Assembly: GCA_943372155.1 (NCBI GenBank)
Contig: CALRXP010000001.1
Coordinates: 1 to 43,471, forward strand
Direction: 5' to 3'
DNA length: 43,471 bases
From: Candidatus Endomicrobiellum trichonymphae
Lineage (GTDB): Bacteria > Elusimicrobiota > Elusimicrobia > UBA1565 > UBA9628
Below, one piece after another: positions 8,430-16,810 of the stretch; within the stretch, counting starts at the first letter, position 1; each line of letters begins with the position of its first letter. Made by a program: the position numbers and the translations under genes. The notes under the pieces were generated by a model that made no database searches, was not told where the DNA came from, and saw only the letters and a list, made by a program, of their open reading frames with translations.

Positions 8430-9559
8430 GAATCCAACTCGCGCAAGACTTCGACGAGAAGCGCACGGTCATCAAGGTCGTCGGCGTCGGCGGCGCCGGC
8501 TGCAACGCCATCAACCGCATGGTCGAGGCGGGGCTGTCCGGCGTCGAGCTGATCGCGGGCAACTCCGACGCTCAGGTTTTGCGCAAGTGCCAGGCCCATG
8601 TCTGCATCCAGCTCGGCGAGCAGTCCGCGCGCGGCCTCGGAGTCGGCGGCGACGCGTCCAAGGGCCGCTCCGCGGCCCTCGAGAGCGAAGGCCAGCTGCG
8701 CGAGGTCCTGCAAGGCGCCGACATGGTTTTCGTCACGACCGGCATGGGCGGCGGCACCGGCACCGGCGGCGGACCGGTCGTTGCGCGACTGGCTAAAGAA
8801 CTCGGGGCGCTGACCGTCGGCATCGTCACCAAGCCTTTCGAGTTCGAGGGCTTCCGCCGCATGGCGATCGCCGACCAAGGCATCCAGGAAATGCGGCAGT
8901 CCGTGGACACCTTGCTCGTGATCCCGAACCAGCGCCTCTTCGACGTCATCGACGCCGAGACCAATCACGACCAGGCCTTCCGCGTGGCCGACGACGTCCT
9001 GCGCAAGTCGGTGCAGTCCATCTCGGACCTGATCACCGTCCCGGGCCTCATCAACCTCGACATGATGGACCTGCGCGCGGTGATGAAGGACGCGGGCGAG
9101 GCGCTCATCGGCATCGGCGAGGCTTCCGGACCCGGCCGCGCCATGAGCGCGGCGCGCGAGGCGATGAGCTCGCCCCTGCTCGAGAACGTCGTCATCGACG
9201 GCGCCAAGGGCCTCATCGTCAACATCGCCGGCCGCCAGGCGACGTTGAAGACCGCCGAAATCGAGGAGATCGTCGCGACGATCCAGGGCACCGCGAGCCC
9301 CGAAGTCAATTTCAAGATGGGCAACGTGTACAACGAATCGCTCGGCGACGCCATCCGGGTCACCGTCATCGCGACGGGCTTCCCGTCCAAGCGATCTCGC
9401 GCCGCGTTCCGCCCCGCCGGCGGACGCACGGCCCTGGGGCTGCGGCCCGCGCCGCTGGCCGAGGAGCCGTCGGACGCCCAGCTGCTCAAGAATCTCAACG
9501 ACACCGACCGGTTCACCAAACCCGCCTACTTGCGCATGAAAGTGAGGAAGCTGAAATGA
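8387..9559 (+). CDS. ftsZ: cell division GTPase FtsZ (start codon uncertain)
   Basis: IKVVGVGGAGCNAINRM, the tubulin signature GGGTGTGG and a C-terminal PAYLRMK peptide. The GTG at 8387 is the nearest canonical in-frame start (43-nt overlap with ftsA). The expected N-terminus lies near 8426-8440, where only CTG (8426) and ATC (8432) occur downstream of an AGGAG at 8416-8420. See findings. Confidence 0.9.
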   Translation: MDAQDLRRAPGAFLRIQLAQDFDEKRTVIKVVGVGGAGCNAINRMVEAGLSGVELIAGNSDAQVLRKCQAHVCIQLGEQSARGLGVGGDASKGRSAALESEGQLREVLQGADMVFVTTGMGGGTGTGGGPVVARLAKELGALTVGIVTKPFEFEGFRRMAIADQGIQEMRQSVDTLLVIPNQRLFDVIDAETNHDQAFRVADDVLRKSVQSISDLITVPGLINLDMMDLRAVMKDAGEALIGIGEASGPGRAMSAAREAMSSPLLENVVIDGAKGLIVNIAGRQATLKTAEIEEIVATIQGTASPEVNFKMGNVYNESLGDAIRVTVIATGFPSKRSRAAFRPAGGRTALGLRPAPLAEEPSDAQLLKNLNDTDRFTKPAYLRMKVRKLK

Positions 9560-10635
9560 CCCTTCAAGAACTGCTTCAGGTCCTGGTCAACAAGCACGGC
9601 TCCGACCTGCACGTCCGCGCCGGCGGCCCGGCCTACATCCGAATCGACGGCGAGCTCGTTCAGGCCGCTCCGGACGCCATTCCCGCCGAGCAGGTGGACG
9701 CGATGCTCCGTCAAGTGGCGCCGCCCCGGGCCCTCCGTATTTTCGACGAGAAGGGGGAATGCGACTTCTCCTTCCAGGCCGGCGAGGTCGCGCGCTTCCG
9801 CGTCAACGCGTACAAACAGCGCCAGCGGCTCTGCCTCGCGGTGCGCTTCATCACGACCCAGATTCCGACCTTGCAGGATCTGAAGCTTCCCGTCGCCACC
9901 CTCAAGAAGATTTCCGAGAACAGCCGCGGCCTCGTGCTCGTCACCGGTATCACCGGCGCCGGTAAGTCTTCGACTTTGGCGGCGATGATCGACTACATCA
10001 ACGAGAACCGCGCCGAGCACATCATCACGATCGAAGACCCGATCGAGTTCGTGCACAAGGACAAGAAGGCGATTGTCACTCAGCGCGAAATCGGCGAGGA
10101 CACGGCGACGTACACCGAAGGCCTGAAGATGGCCATGCGCCAGGACCCGGACGTCATCCTGATCGGCGAGATGCGCGATCTCGAGACGACGCAGGCCGCT
10201 CTCACCGCGGCGCTGACCGGCCACCTCGTCTTCGGCACGCTGCACACCACCGACGCGATCCAGACCATCGGCCGCATCGTCGACCTCTTCCCGCCGCACC
10301 AGCAGCCGCTGATCCGGCTCCAGCTCGCCGAGTCGCTGCGCGCGATCGTCAGCCAGCGCCTGATTCCGTCGACCAAGGGCGGACGCGTTCCGTCCGTGGA
10401 GATTCTCATCAACACGCCGCACGTCCGCAAGCAGATCGAGGACAACAAGGCCGTCGAAATCATTCAGGCCCTGCAGAAGGGGCAGTTCTACGGCATGATC
10501 ACGTTCAATCAGTCGCTCGTCAAGCTGTTCAAGGACGGCCTCGCCACCGAGGCCGAGGTCCTGTCCGCCGCGTCGAGCCCGGACGACCTGAAGCTGGCGC
10601 TTCGGGGCATCGAGCAGGAAATCAAGCCGGCTTAA
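9556..10635 (+). CDS. pilT: type IV pilus retraction ATPase PilT
   Basis: 359 aa. Walker A GITGAGKSST, Asp box and Walker B (DPDVILIGEMRD), His box (GHLVFGTLHT). Length and layout are typical of PilT. ATGA overlap with the ftsZ stop. Confidence 0.9.
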   Translation: MTLQELLQVLVNKHGSDLHVRAGGPAYIRIDGELVQAAPDAIPAEQVDAMLRQVAPPRALRIFDEKGECDFSFQAGEVARFRVNAYKQRQRLCLAVRFITTQIPTLQDLKLPVATLKKISENSRGLVLVTGITGAGKSSTLAAMIDYINENRAEHIITIEDPIEFVHKDKKAIVTQREIGEDTATYTEGLKMAMRQDPDVILIGEMRDLETTQAALTAALTGHLVFGTLHTTDAIQTIGRIVDLFPPHQQPLIRLQLAESLRAIVSQRLIPSTKGGRVPSVEILINTPHVRKQIEDNKAVEIIQALQKGQFYGMITFNQSLVKLFKDGLATEAEVLSAASSPDDLKLALRGIEQEIKPA

Positions 10636-10659
10636 GAAAAATTTCGGAGGGTTTTCATT

Positions 10660-11376
10660 ATGTTCGCAGAAGGCTATATCGGTATCGCCGGAACGATCGG
10701 AGTCGGCAAATCCACGCTGACGCAGGACCTCGCCGCGGCGCTCAACTTCGAGCCCATCCTCGAGGAAGTCGACGGCAACCCTTACCTCGAGCCCTTTTAC
10801 GGGGACATGAAGCAGTACGGCACCATGATGCAGGTGTGGCTGCTCAACCACCGCTTCCGCCAGCACCGCGAGTTCGTCACGCGCATCAGCCTCGGCAAGA
10901 TCCGCGGCGTCGTGCAGGACCGCACGATCTGGGAAGACACCATCTTCGCGCGCATGCTCAACCAGCATCCCGACAAGATCATTACGGACATGGACTACAA
11001 CACCTACCTGGACCTGTTCGACAACATGGTCCTGCGCGAGCTGGTGTTCCCGCAGATCATGATCTATCTCGACTGCAGCCCCGAGACCGCGATCAAGCGC
11101 ATCAACTCGCGCGGCCGCATGATGGAGTCCGCCGTCAGCCTCGAGTACCTTCGCATGCTCAAGGAGAACTACGATCAGTTCATCGGCGAGATGGAGCAGG
11201 CCGGCGTGCGCATCCTGCGCATCAAGTGGGAGACCTTCCAGCCCGTCAGCGAGGTCGTGCGCATGGTGCACGAGTACTCGTTGAAGCCGTCGAGCTTCAC
11301 CAAGTGGGTTCGCCCGCTGCGCCGCACGCCCGCGATGAAAGCCAAGACCCTCCCGTTGGAGAAGGCTCCTGTCTAA
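10660..11376 (+). CDS. deoxynucleoside kinase family protein
   Basis: 238 aa with a P-loop IGIAGTIGVGKSTL near the N-terminus and a DRTIWED segment like the dNK DRS/ERS motif. GGAGGG Shine-Dalgarno sequence upstream. Confidence 0.8.
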   Translation: MFAEGYIGIAGTIGVGKSTLTQDLAAALNFEPILEEVDGNPYLEPFYGDMKQYGTMMQVWLLNHRFRQHREFVTRISLGKIRGVVQDRTIWEDTIFARMLNQHPDKIITDMDYNTYLDLFDNMVLRELVFPQIMIYLDCSPETAIKRINSRGRMMESAVSLEYLRMLKENYDQFIGEMEQAGVRILRIKWETFQPVSEVVRMVHEYSLKPSSFTKWVRPLRRTPAMKAKTLPLEKAPV

Positions 11377-11380
11377 TCTT

Positions 11381-12097
11381 ATGACCGCCGCCCCGGGCGC
11401 CTGGCTCGAGAAGGACGGATTTCTCCTCGAGCCGCGGCTTGCCGCGCTCGGCCTTAAGCATGGATTTACGACAAGGCGTTTGGGTTCCATGAAAATGGAC
11501 TCCGAGCGTCAGGCAGCGGCAGCTTTGCTTGAGCTGCCCAATCCGTTGCTGTTGAAACAAGTTCACGGCATCGCCATCCATCGCGCGGCCCATTCGGCGA
11601 ACGGTCTCGATGGCGATGGATGGACCTTGGGCCCCGGCGACGAGGGTTTGTGTGTGGCAATTTTCACGGCCGATTGCGTGCCGTTGTATTTGTGGACCGA
11701 CGATGGGAAATACGCCGGCGTGTTCCACGCGGGCTGGAAGGGCATGGCGTTGGGTATGCCGGCCAAGGCCGTCGCCGCCCTCGTCGAGCGCGGCGCGAAG
11801 GCGTCGCGTCTGCAGGCGGCCTTCGGACCTCACATCAGCGGCGACGCCTACAAGGTGGGCCCCGATTTGGAGAACTCGTTTCCGGCGTCTTCGTTCAAGA
11901 AGAAAGGCGACGAAATATTTTTGGATCTGGATGCCGACGCCCGCCGCCAGCTCGTCGAAGCCGGCGTGCCCGAGCGCATGATCGGCCCCGCGGCCCCGTG
12001 CACCCTGTCGAACCCCGACGCCTACCATTCCTTCCGCCGTCAGAAGGACGGCGCGCGGATGCTTTCATTCTTATCGCTGGACCGGAGGCCGTCATGA
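11381..12097 (+). CDS. pgeF: peptidoglycan editing factor PgeF / YfiH (laccase-domain, DUF152) protein
   Basis: HGFTTR, FTADCVPLYLW and HAGWKG motifs, with a C-terminal HSFRR. Confidence 0.88.
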   Translation: MTAAPGAWLEKDGFLLEPRLAALGLKHGFTTRRLGSMKMDSERQAAAALLELPNPLLLKQVHGIAIHRAAHSANGLDGDGWTLGPGDEGLCVAIFTADCVPLYLWTDDGKYAGVFHAGWKGMALGMPAKAVAALVERGAKASRLQAAFGPHISGDAYKVGPDLENSFPASSFKKKGDEIFLDLDADARRQLVEAGVPERMIGPAAPCTLSNPDAYHSFRRQKDGARMLSFLSLDRRPS

Positions 12098-13197
12098 TCG
12101 CTCCTCGCCGCGCCCTGCGCGAGGTGTTCCCGTACCAGCCCGGCAAGTCCATCGCCTCGGTCCAGCGCGAGCTGGGTCTGAAGTCGGTGGTCAAGCTCGC
12201 CTCCAACGAGAACCCTCTCGGCCCCTCGCCTCGCGCGATGGCGGCCTACCGCAAGGCCGAGAAGTCCTGCGGCCTTTATCCCGAGGGCACGAGCCCGGAG
12301 CTGCGCGCCGGCCTGGCCCGTTTCCATCAGGTCGAGCCCGAGTCCATCATCGTCGGCAACGGCTCCGACGAGATCATCCGCCTGCTGTGCGAGGCGTTCC
12401 TCGATACCGAGGACGAGGTGGTGGTCTCCCAGCACGGCTTCATCCGGTTCAAGCAGCAGTCATCCATGATGGGAGCTCGCGTCATCGAGGTGCCGATGAC
12501 GGATTGGACCCACGATCTGGAGCTGATGGCCAAGGCCGCGAGCCCGCGCACCAAATTGATTTTCGTGGCGAACCCCAACAACCCGACCGGGACGTACAAC
12601 ACCCAGGACGAGGTCGAGACCTTGCTCGCCGCCGTGCCCAAGACGGCGCTCGTGATCCTCGACGAGGCCTACTTCCAGTACGCGGAGTCCATCTCCGGCT
12701 ATCCGAAGAGCCTGCCCGCGCTGGTGCGCGAGCACGACAACCTCGTCGTGATGCGCACCTTCTCCAAGGCCTACGGCCTCGCCGGCCTGCGCGTCGGCTA
12801 CGGGGTCGCCGATCCTGAGCTCACCGGCTGGCTCGACCGCATCCGCATGCCCTTCAACGTGAACCTCCCGGCCCAGCTCGCCTGCCTCGAGGCGCTTAAG
12901 GACACCGCGTTCGTGAAGCGCGGCGTCACCGTCAACGACTCCCAGCGCGCCGTCGTCGCCCGCGTGCTCGGGGAGATGGGCTTCGGCGTCGGCGAGTCCG
13001 CGACCAACTTCCTCTTCGCCCGCAGCCCGATTCCCGGCCGCGAGTTATTTAAAGCGTTGCTTCGTCAGGGAGTGATCGTGCGGCCGCTCGATGAGTACGG
13101 TCTTCCTCACCACATCCGGATCTCCATCGGCACCGCGGCGCAGAACAAGGCCCTGTTCGCCGCGCTCAAGAAAGTCCTCACGAAGGTGCCCGCGTGA
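12094..13197 (+). CDS. hisC: histidinol-phosphate aminotransferase
   Basis: Track ORF 11620..13197. The ATG at 12094 (MIAPRRALREVFPYQPGKS) makes an ATGA overlap with pgeF. It has KLASNENPLGPSP, class II aminotransferase segments, and the PLP-lysine region TFSKAYGLAGLRVGY. Confidence 0.9.
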   Translation: MIAPRRALREVFPYQPGKSIASVQRELGLKSVVKLASNENPLGPSPRAMAAYRKAEKSCGLYPEGTSPELRAGLARFHQVEPESIIVGNGSDEIIRLLCEAFLDTEDEVVVSQHGFIRFKQQSSMMGARVIEVPMTDWTHDLELMAKAASPRTKLIFVANPNNPTGTYNTQDEVETLLAAVPKTALVILDEAYFQYAESISGYPKSLPALVREHDNLVVMRTFSKAYGLAGLRVGYGVADPELTGWLDRIRMPFNVNLPAQLACLEALKDTAFVKRGVTVNDSQRAVVARVLGEMGFGVGESATNFLFARSPIPGRELFKALLRQGVIVRPLDEYGLPHHIRISIGTAAQNKALFAALKKVLTKVPA

Positions 13198-13916
13198 CCA
13201 AGCGCAAGGGCCTCGTCATCGCCATGGACGGCCCCGCCGGGGTGGGCAAGTCCACCGTGGGCGGCCTCGTCGCCAAGAGCCTGGGCTACAAGTTCATCAA
13301 CACGGGCGAGATGTACCGCGCCCTGACCTGGAAGGGCCTCGAGTCGGGCGTGGACCTCAACGATCAGGACGCCGTCGTCGAGCTGGCCAAGAAGATTGAA
13401 TGGGAGTTCAAGCCGATCGAGGAAGGAGGCAGCACGCTCAAGACCTTCATCGACGGCGTCCCCGTCACCGTGCAGATCCGGGAGGAGAAGGTCAGCATCA
13501 ACTCCTCGCTCGTGGCCGCCAATCCCGGCGTGCGCAAGTTCATGTCCAAGCTTCAGCGCGAGTTGGGTGTTTATCAGGCCCGCGAAGCGGGGGGCATCGT
13601 GATGGAAGGCCGCGACATCACGACCAACGTCTTCCCCGACGCCGACGTGAAGATTTACCTGGACGCCAGCCCCGAGGAACGCGCCGACCGCCGTTACCGG
13701 CAGCTCAAGGCCGCGGGCCAGGAAGCCGACCGCGACAAGATCCTCGCCGCGATTCTCAAACGCGACCTCAACGACCTGAAGCGCGAGATCAACCCGCTCA
13801 AGCAGGCGGAGGACGCGCTCGTCATCGATTCGACCAAGCTGACCATGCACGAGGTCGCCGAAAAAATCCTGCGCCGTATCCGCAAGGGCGCGAAGCTCAA
13901 CGGTCATGGTAAATGA
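13194..13916 (+). CDS. cmk: cytidylate kinase
   Basis: GTG start overlaps the hisC stop. IAMDGPAGVGKST P-loop, GEMYRALT, MEGRDITT. Confidence 0.92.
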   Translation: MTKRKGLVIAMDGPAGVGKSTVGGLVAKSLGYKFINTGEMYRALTWKGLESGVDLNDQDAVVELAKKIEWEFKPIEEGGSTLKTFIDGVPVTVQIREEKVSINSSLVAANPGVRKFMSKLQRELGVYQAREAGGIVMEGRDITTNVFPDADVKIYLDASPEERADRRYRQLKAAGQEADRDKILAAILKRDLNDLKREINPLKQAEDALVIDSTKLTMHEVAEKILRRIRKGAKLNGHGK

Positions 13917-14509
13917 ATTCCGCCGACGCCAATTTCCCGGCGCGCATCTGGTCCGAGACCGTGGTGCGCGGCTGTTTCTCGGCGATCTGGGGCGTCAAGG
14001 TGGAGGGTTTGGAAAACATTCCTCTCGAGGGCCCTGTGATCCTCGCCGTCAATCATGTGAGCATGATCGATCCCCTGTTGATGTCGATTGCGGTCGCTCC
14101 GCGGCGGCGGCCGTTCGCGGTCGCCAAGAAGGAGCTTTTCGAGACGCCGGGCCTCGCCTGGTGGCTGCGGAACACGGGCAACTTCCCTTTGGACCGAACG
14201 GGGGACGCGACCTCGGCCTTGAAGGCGGCGTTGGACGTCCTTCAGCGCGGCGGCTGCTTGGCGATTTATCCGGAGGGCACGCGCGTGAAGCCCGGGGAGA
14301 AGCGGGCGCCGAAGGCCGGTATTTCCTTTCTGGCGTTCCGGGCGAAGGCGCCCGTCGTGCCCGTGCGGGTGCTGGGCACCGCGGAATTTCCGCGAAGATT
14401 TCCGTTGGAGGCGCGCATCGGGGAGCCGATCGCGCCGCCGTTGTCGGAGGACCGGGAGACCGGTCTGGCGTACGCCAAGACGGTGATGGAAAGAATTTAC
14501 TCACTTTGA
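13913..14509 (+). CDS. plsC: 1-acyl-sn-glycerol-3-phosphate acyltransferase
   Basis: ATGA overlap with cmk. Acyltransferase motif I NHVSMIDP (HxxxxD) and motif III YPEGTR. Confidence 0.88.
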   Translation: MNSADANFPARIWSETVVRGCFSAIWGVKVEGLENIPLEGPVILAVNHVSMIDPLLMSIAVAPRRRPFAVAKKELFETPGLAWWLRNTGNFPLDRTGDATSALKAALDVLQRGGCLAIYPEGTRVKPGEKRAPKAGISFLAFRAKAPVVPVRVLGTAEFPRRFPLEARIGEPIAPPLSEDRETGLAYAKTVMERIYSL

Positions 14510-14531
14510 CGGTACATTGAGGAGACAGACT

Positions 14532-15740
14532 ATGAATCAGAACACGAAGCTCAACGAGAAAGCCTGGGAAGCCGCGGAACCCGAAGAGGGCGATACCGCC
14601 GCCGAGACGGGCGGAGAGACGATGGAGTCCCTCCTCGCTCAGCAGTCGGCTACGGTCGACAAGCTCGCCGATAAGAAGGTCGCCTGGGTCAAGGTCATCA
14701 CGGTGACCAAGGACGCGGTCCTCGTCGACGTGGGCGAGAAGAACGAGGGCACCGTGCCGCTCGTCGAGTTCGTGGAAGATCTCGCCGCGCCCAAGGCTCC
14801 TGCCCCGCAGGCGGGCCAGCGCGTGCCCGTCATCAAGTCGGGCGGCCGCAATAAGGCCGGCCACGTCGTCCTTTCGCACCTCAAGGCGAAGACGGAACTC
14901 GGCTGGGAAATGGCGATCAAGGCTCACGCCGAGAAGCAGCGCGTGCGCGGCATCGTGAAGTCCTCCGTGAAGGGCGGCTTCATCGTCGACGTGCAGGGCG
15001 TCCAGGCCTTCCTGCCCTCCTCGCTCGCGGACCTGCGCCCCGTGCGCCAGCCCGAGAAGATGATCGGCACCGGCGTGCGCTGCATCGTCATCGAAGTCAA
15101 CCAGAGCAAGCGCCAGCTCGTGCTCTCGCGCAAGGCCGTCCTCGAGGACGAGGCCGGCAAGCGCAAGATCAAGATCATGGAAGAGCTTCGCGGCGGCGAA
15201 GTCCGCATCGGGCGCATCGTGCGCGTGTCGGCCGAGGGTCTGCTCATCGACATCGGCGGCCTCGAAGGCACCGTCCGCCCCGCCGACATGGCTTGGGGCA
15301 CGGCCAAGCCCGCTGCGTTTGAGCGCGGTCAGAAGCTCAAGGTGAAGGTGCTCTCCAAGCCCGAGAAGGCCGGCGACCCCGTTTACCTCGGCATCAAGCA
15401 GCTGCAGGCGAACCCGTCGGACGCGATGCGCAAGAAGTTCGCGCCCAAGTCCACGGTCACGGGTAAGATCACCGAGGTCGGCGCGCACGGCGTGCGCTTC
15501 CAGATCGACCCCAAGACGGTCGCGTTCGCGCCGGCCGCGGAGTGCGACGCGGACGTGATCTACAAGCTCGGCGACGAGGCCACCGGCATCGTCACCGGCA
15601 TCGACTCCACCGCCTTCGAGGTTCGCGTCTCCCTCGCTCGCTTCAACGAGATCAAGGACCGCAAGCGCGTGGCGCAGTACATGAAGGCGCCGCCGCCCCT
15701 CACGCTCGGCCAGATTCTGTCCCCGGAGGACGAGGGTTGA
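14532..15740 (+). CDS. rpsA: 30S ribosomal protein S1 (short form, about four S1 domains)
   Basis: Track ORF 14517..15740. The ATG at 14532 is preceded by GAGGAG. Repeated S1/OB units (e.g. GIVKSSVKGGFIVDVQGVQAFLPSS, GRIVRVSAEGLLIDIGGLEGTV). cmk-rpsA adjacency is a widely conserved arrangement. Confidence 0.9.
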   Translation: MNQNTKLNEKAWEAAEPEEGDTAAETGGETMESLLAQQSATVDKLADKKVAWVKVITVTKDAVLVDVGEKNEGTVPLVEFVEDLAAPKAPAPQAGQRVPVIKSGGRNKAGHVVLSHLKAKTELGWEMAIKAHAEKQRVRGIVKSSVKGGFIVDVQGVQAFLPSSLADLRPVRQPEKMIGTGVRCIVIEVNQSKRQLVLSRKAVLEDEAGKRKIKIMEELRGGEVRIGRIVRVSAEGLLIDIGGLEGTVRPADMAWGTAKPAAFERGQKLKVKVLSKPEKAGDPVYLGIKQLQANPSDAMRKKFAPKSTVTGKITEVGAHGVRFQIDPKTVAFAPAAECDADVIYKLGDEATGIVTGIDSTAFEVRVSLARFNEIKDRKRVAQYMKAPPPLTLGQILSPEDEG

Positions 15741-16810
15741 CCCATCGCGTCGCCGACGAAGTCCGCCTGAAGCCGGTCAAGAGCCCCTGGGCCTTGGCCG
15801 GCGGCTGGCTGAGCGCCCGGGCCGTGACGATCGCGGCCGGGCTCGCCGTGGTCTCGCTGTTCGGGACCTTGGCGTTCATGCTGCGGGAGAGGCCCCTTCC
15901 CCGCCGGCACGCGGACTTCCCGGCGCCGCCGCAGGTGGCGACGCAGATTCAAGCGGCGCAGGAACGCCTCAAGGCGAACCCCCAGGACATCTCGGCGCTC
16001 GTCGAGCTCGGGACGCTTAAGTTCGAAAAGGGCAAGGACTCCTACGTCGAGGCGATCGGCGATCTTGAGGAGGCGCGTGACTTAGGAGCCCTCGACCCGC
16101 GCATCTTCTACTGTCTCGGCATCATGTATCAGGAAGAAGGGCTGTTTCCGTTCGCCCTCACCGAATACAAACGGTTCCTGCGTCACTACCCCGAAGACAA
16201 GGAAGTCCGCATGCTCACGGCGAAGCTCTATTACCGCATGGGGCTGTTCAACGAGGCCATCGGCGAGTACGAGCGCCTGAAATTTCAGGACGCCTCCGAT
16301 CCGCTCATCGAGGAGAATCTCGGCTTGAGCCTGCTCAGCGCGAAGCTGATCGATCGCGCCGTCGCCTCTTTCGCCCAGATGAAGACCCACGGCGGCGACT
16401 ACGCCCTGCGCGCGGAGTATTACCTCGGGCTGATGGCCCTCGACGCGGGCAAGTTCCAAGAGGCGTACGATCACTTCGTCGCGGTCGGCGCTCAGCCCCT
16501 CGCGGGACTCGAGCCTCAGCGCGTGCCCACGGGGCTCGCCATGGCCGCGCAGAAGCTCGGCAAATGGGAAGAGGCGCGCCAGGCTTGGGAAACGGCCCTG
16601 AAGGCTGCCCCTGGCGACGCCAAGGCCACCGCGGCGCTCAAAGAAGCCACGCGTCGCGCCGCCGCCGCCAAGAAGATCGCCGACGCCGCGGTCGAGAAGG
16701 CCAAGCGCGAGGCGGACCGCGCCGCGGAGAAGGCCAAGAAAGAAGCGGAGAAGGCCGCCAAGGAAGCCGCGAAAGAGGCCGCGAAGAAAGCGGCGGCCGA
16801 GAAGAAGTGA
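15737..16810 (+). CDS. membrane-anchored TPR protein with a Lys/Ala/Glu-rich C-terminal tail
   Basis: Track ORF 15542..16810. An in-frame TTG at 15737 overlaps the rpsA stop and follows GGAGGA. One TM (AVTIAAGLAVVSLFGTLAFML), TPR-like units, and the tail AAAKKIADAAVEKAKREADRAAEKAKKEAEKAAKEAAKEAAKKAAAEKK. Confidence 0.7.
   Translation: MTHRVADEVRLKPVKSPWALAGGWLSARAVTIAAGLAVVSLFGTLAFMLRERPLPRRHADFPAPPQVATQIQAAQERLKANPQDISALVELGTLKFEKGKDSYVEAIGDLEEARDLGALDPRIFYCLGIMYQEEGLFPFALTEYKRFLRHYPEDKEVRMLTAKLYYRMGLFNEAIGEYERLKFQDASDPLIEENLGLSLLSAKLIDRAVASFAQMKTHGGDYALRAEYYLGLMALDAGKFQEAYDHFVAVGAQPLAGLEPQRVPTGLAMAAQKLGKWEEARQAWETALKAAPGDAKATAALKEATRRAAAAKKIADAAVEKAKREADRAAEKAKKEAEKAAKEAAKEAAKKAAAEKK

Noticed and set aside
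11620-12093. N-terminal extensions of the hisC (11620), lysA (16564), TPR (15542), ftsA (7008), batE (37679), nuclease (27811) and yfgM-like (24080) track ORFs.
   Set aside because: The extensions overlap the preceding gene or a tRNA and are Arg-rich. Internal starts give overlap-coupled junctions, Shine-Dalgarno sequences or proper signal peptides.
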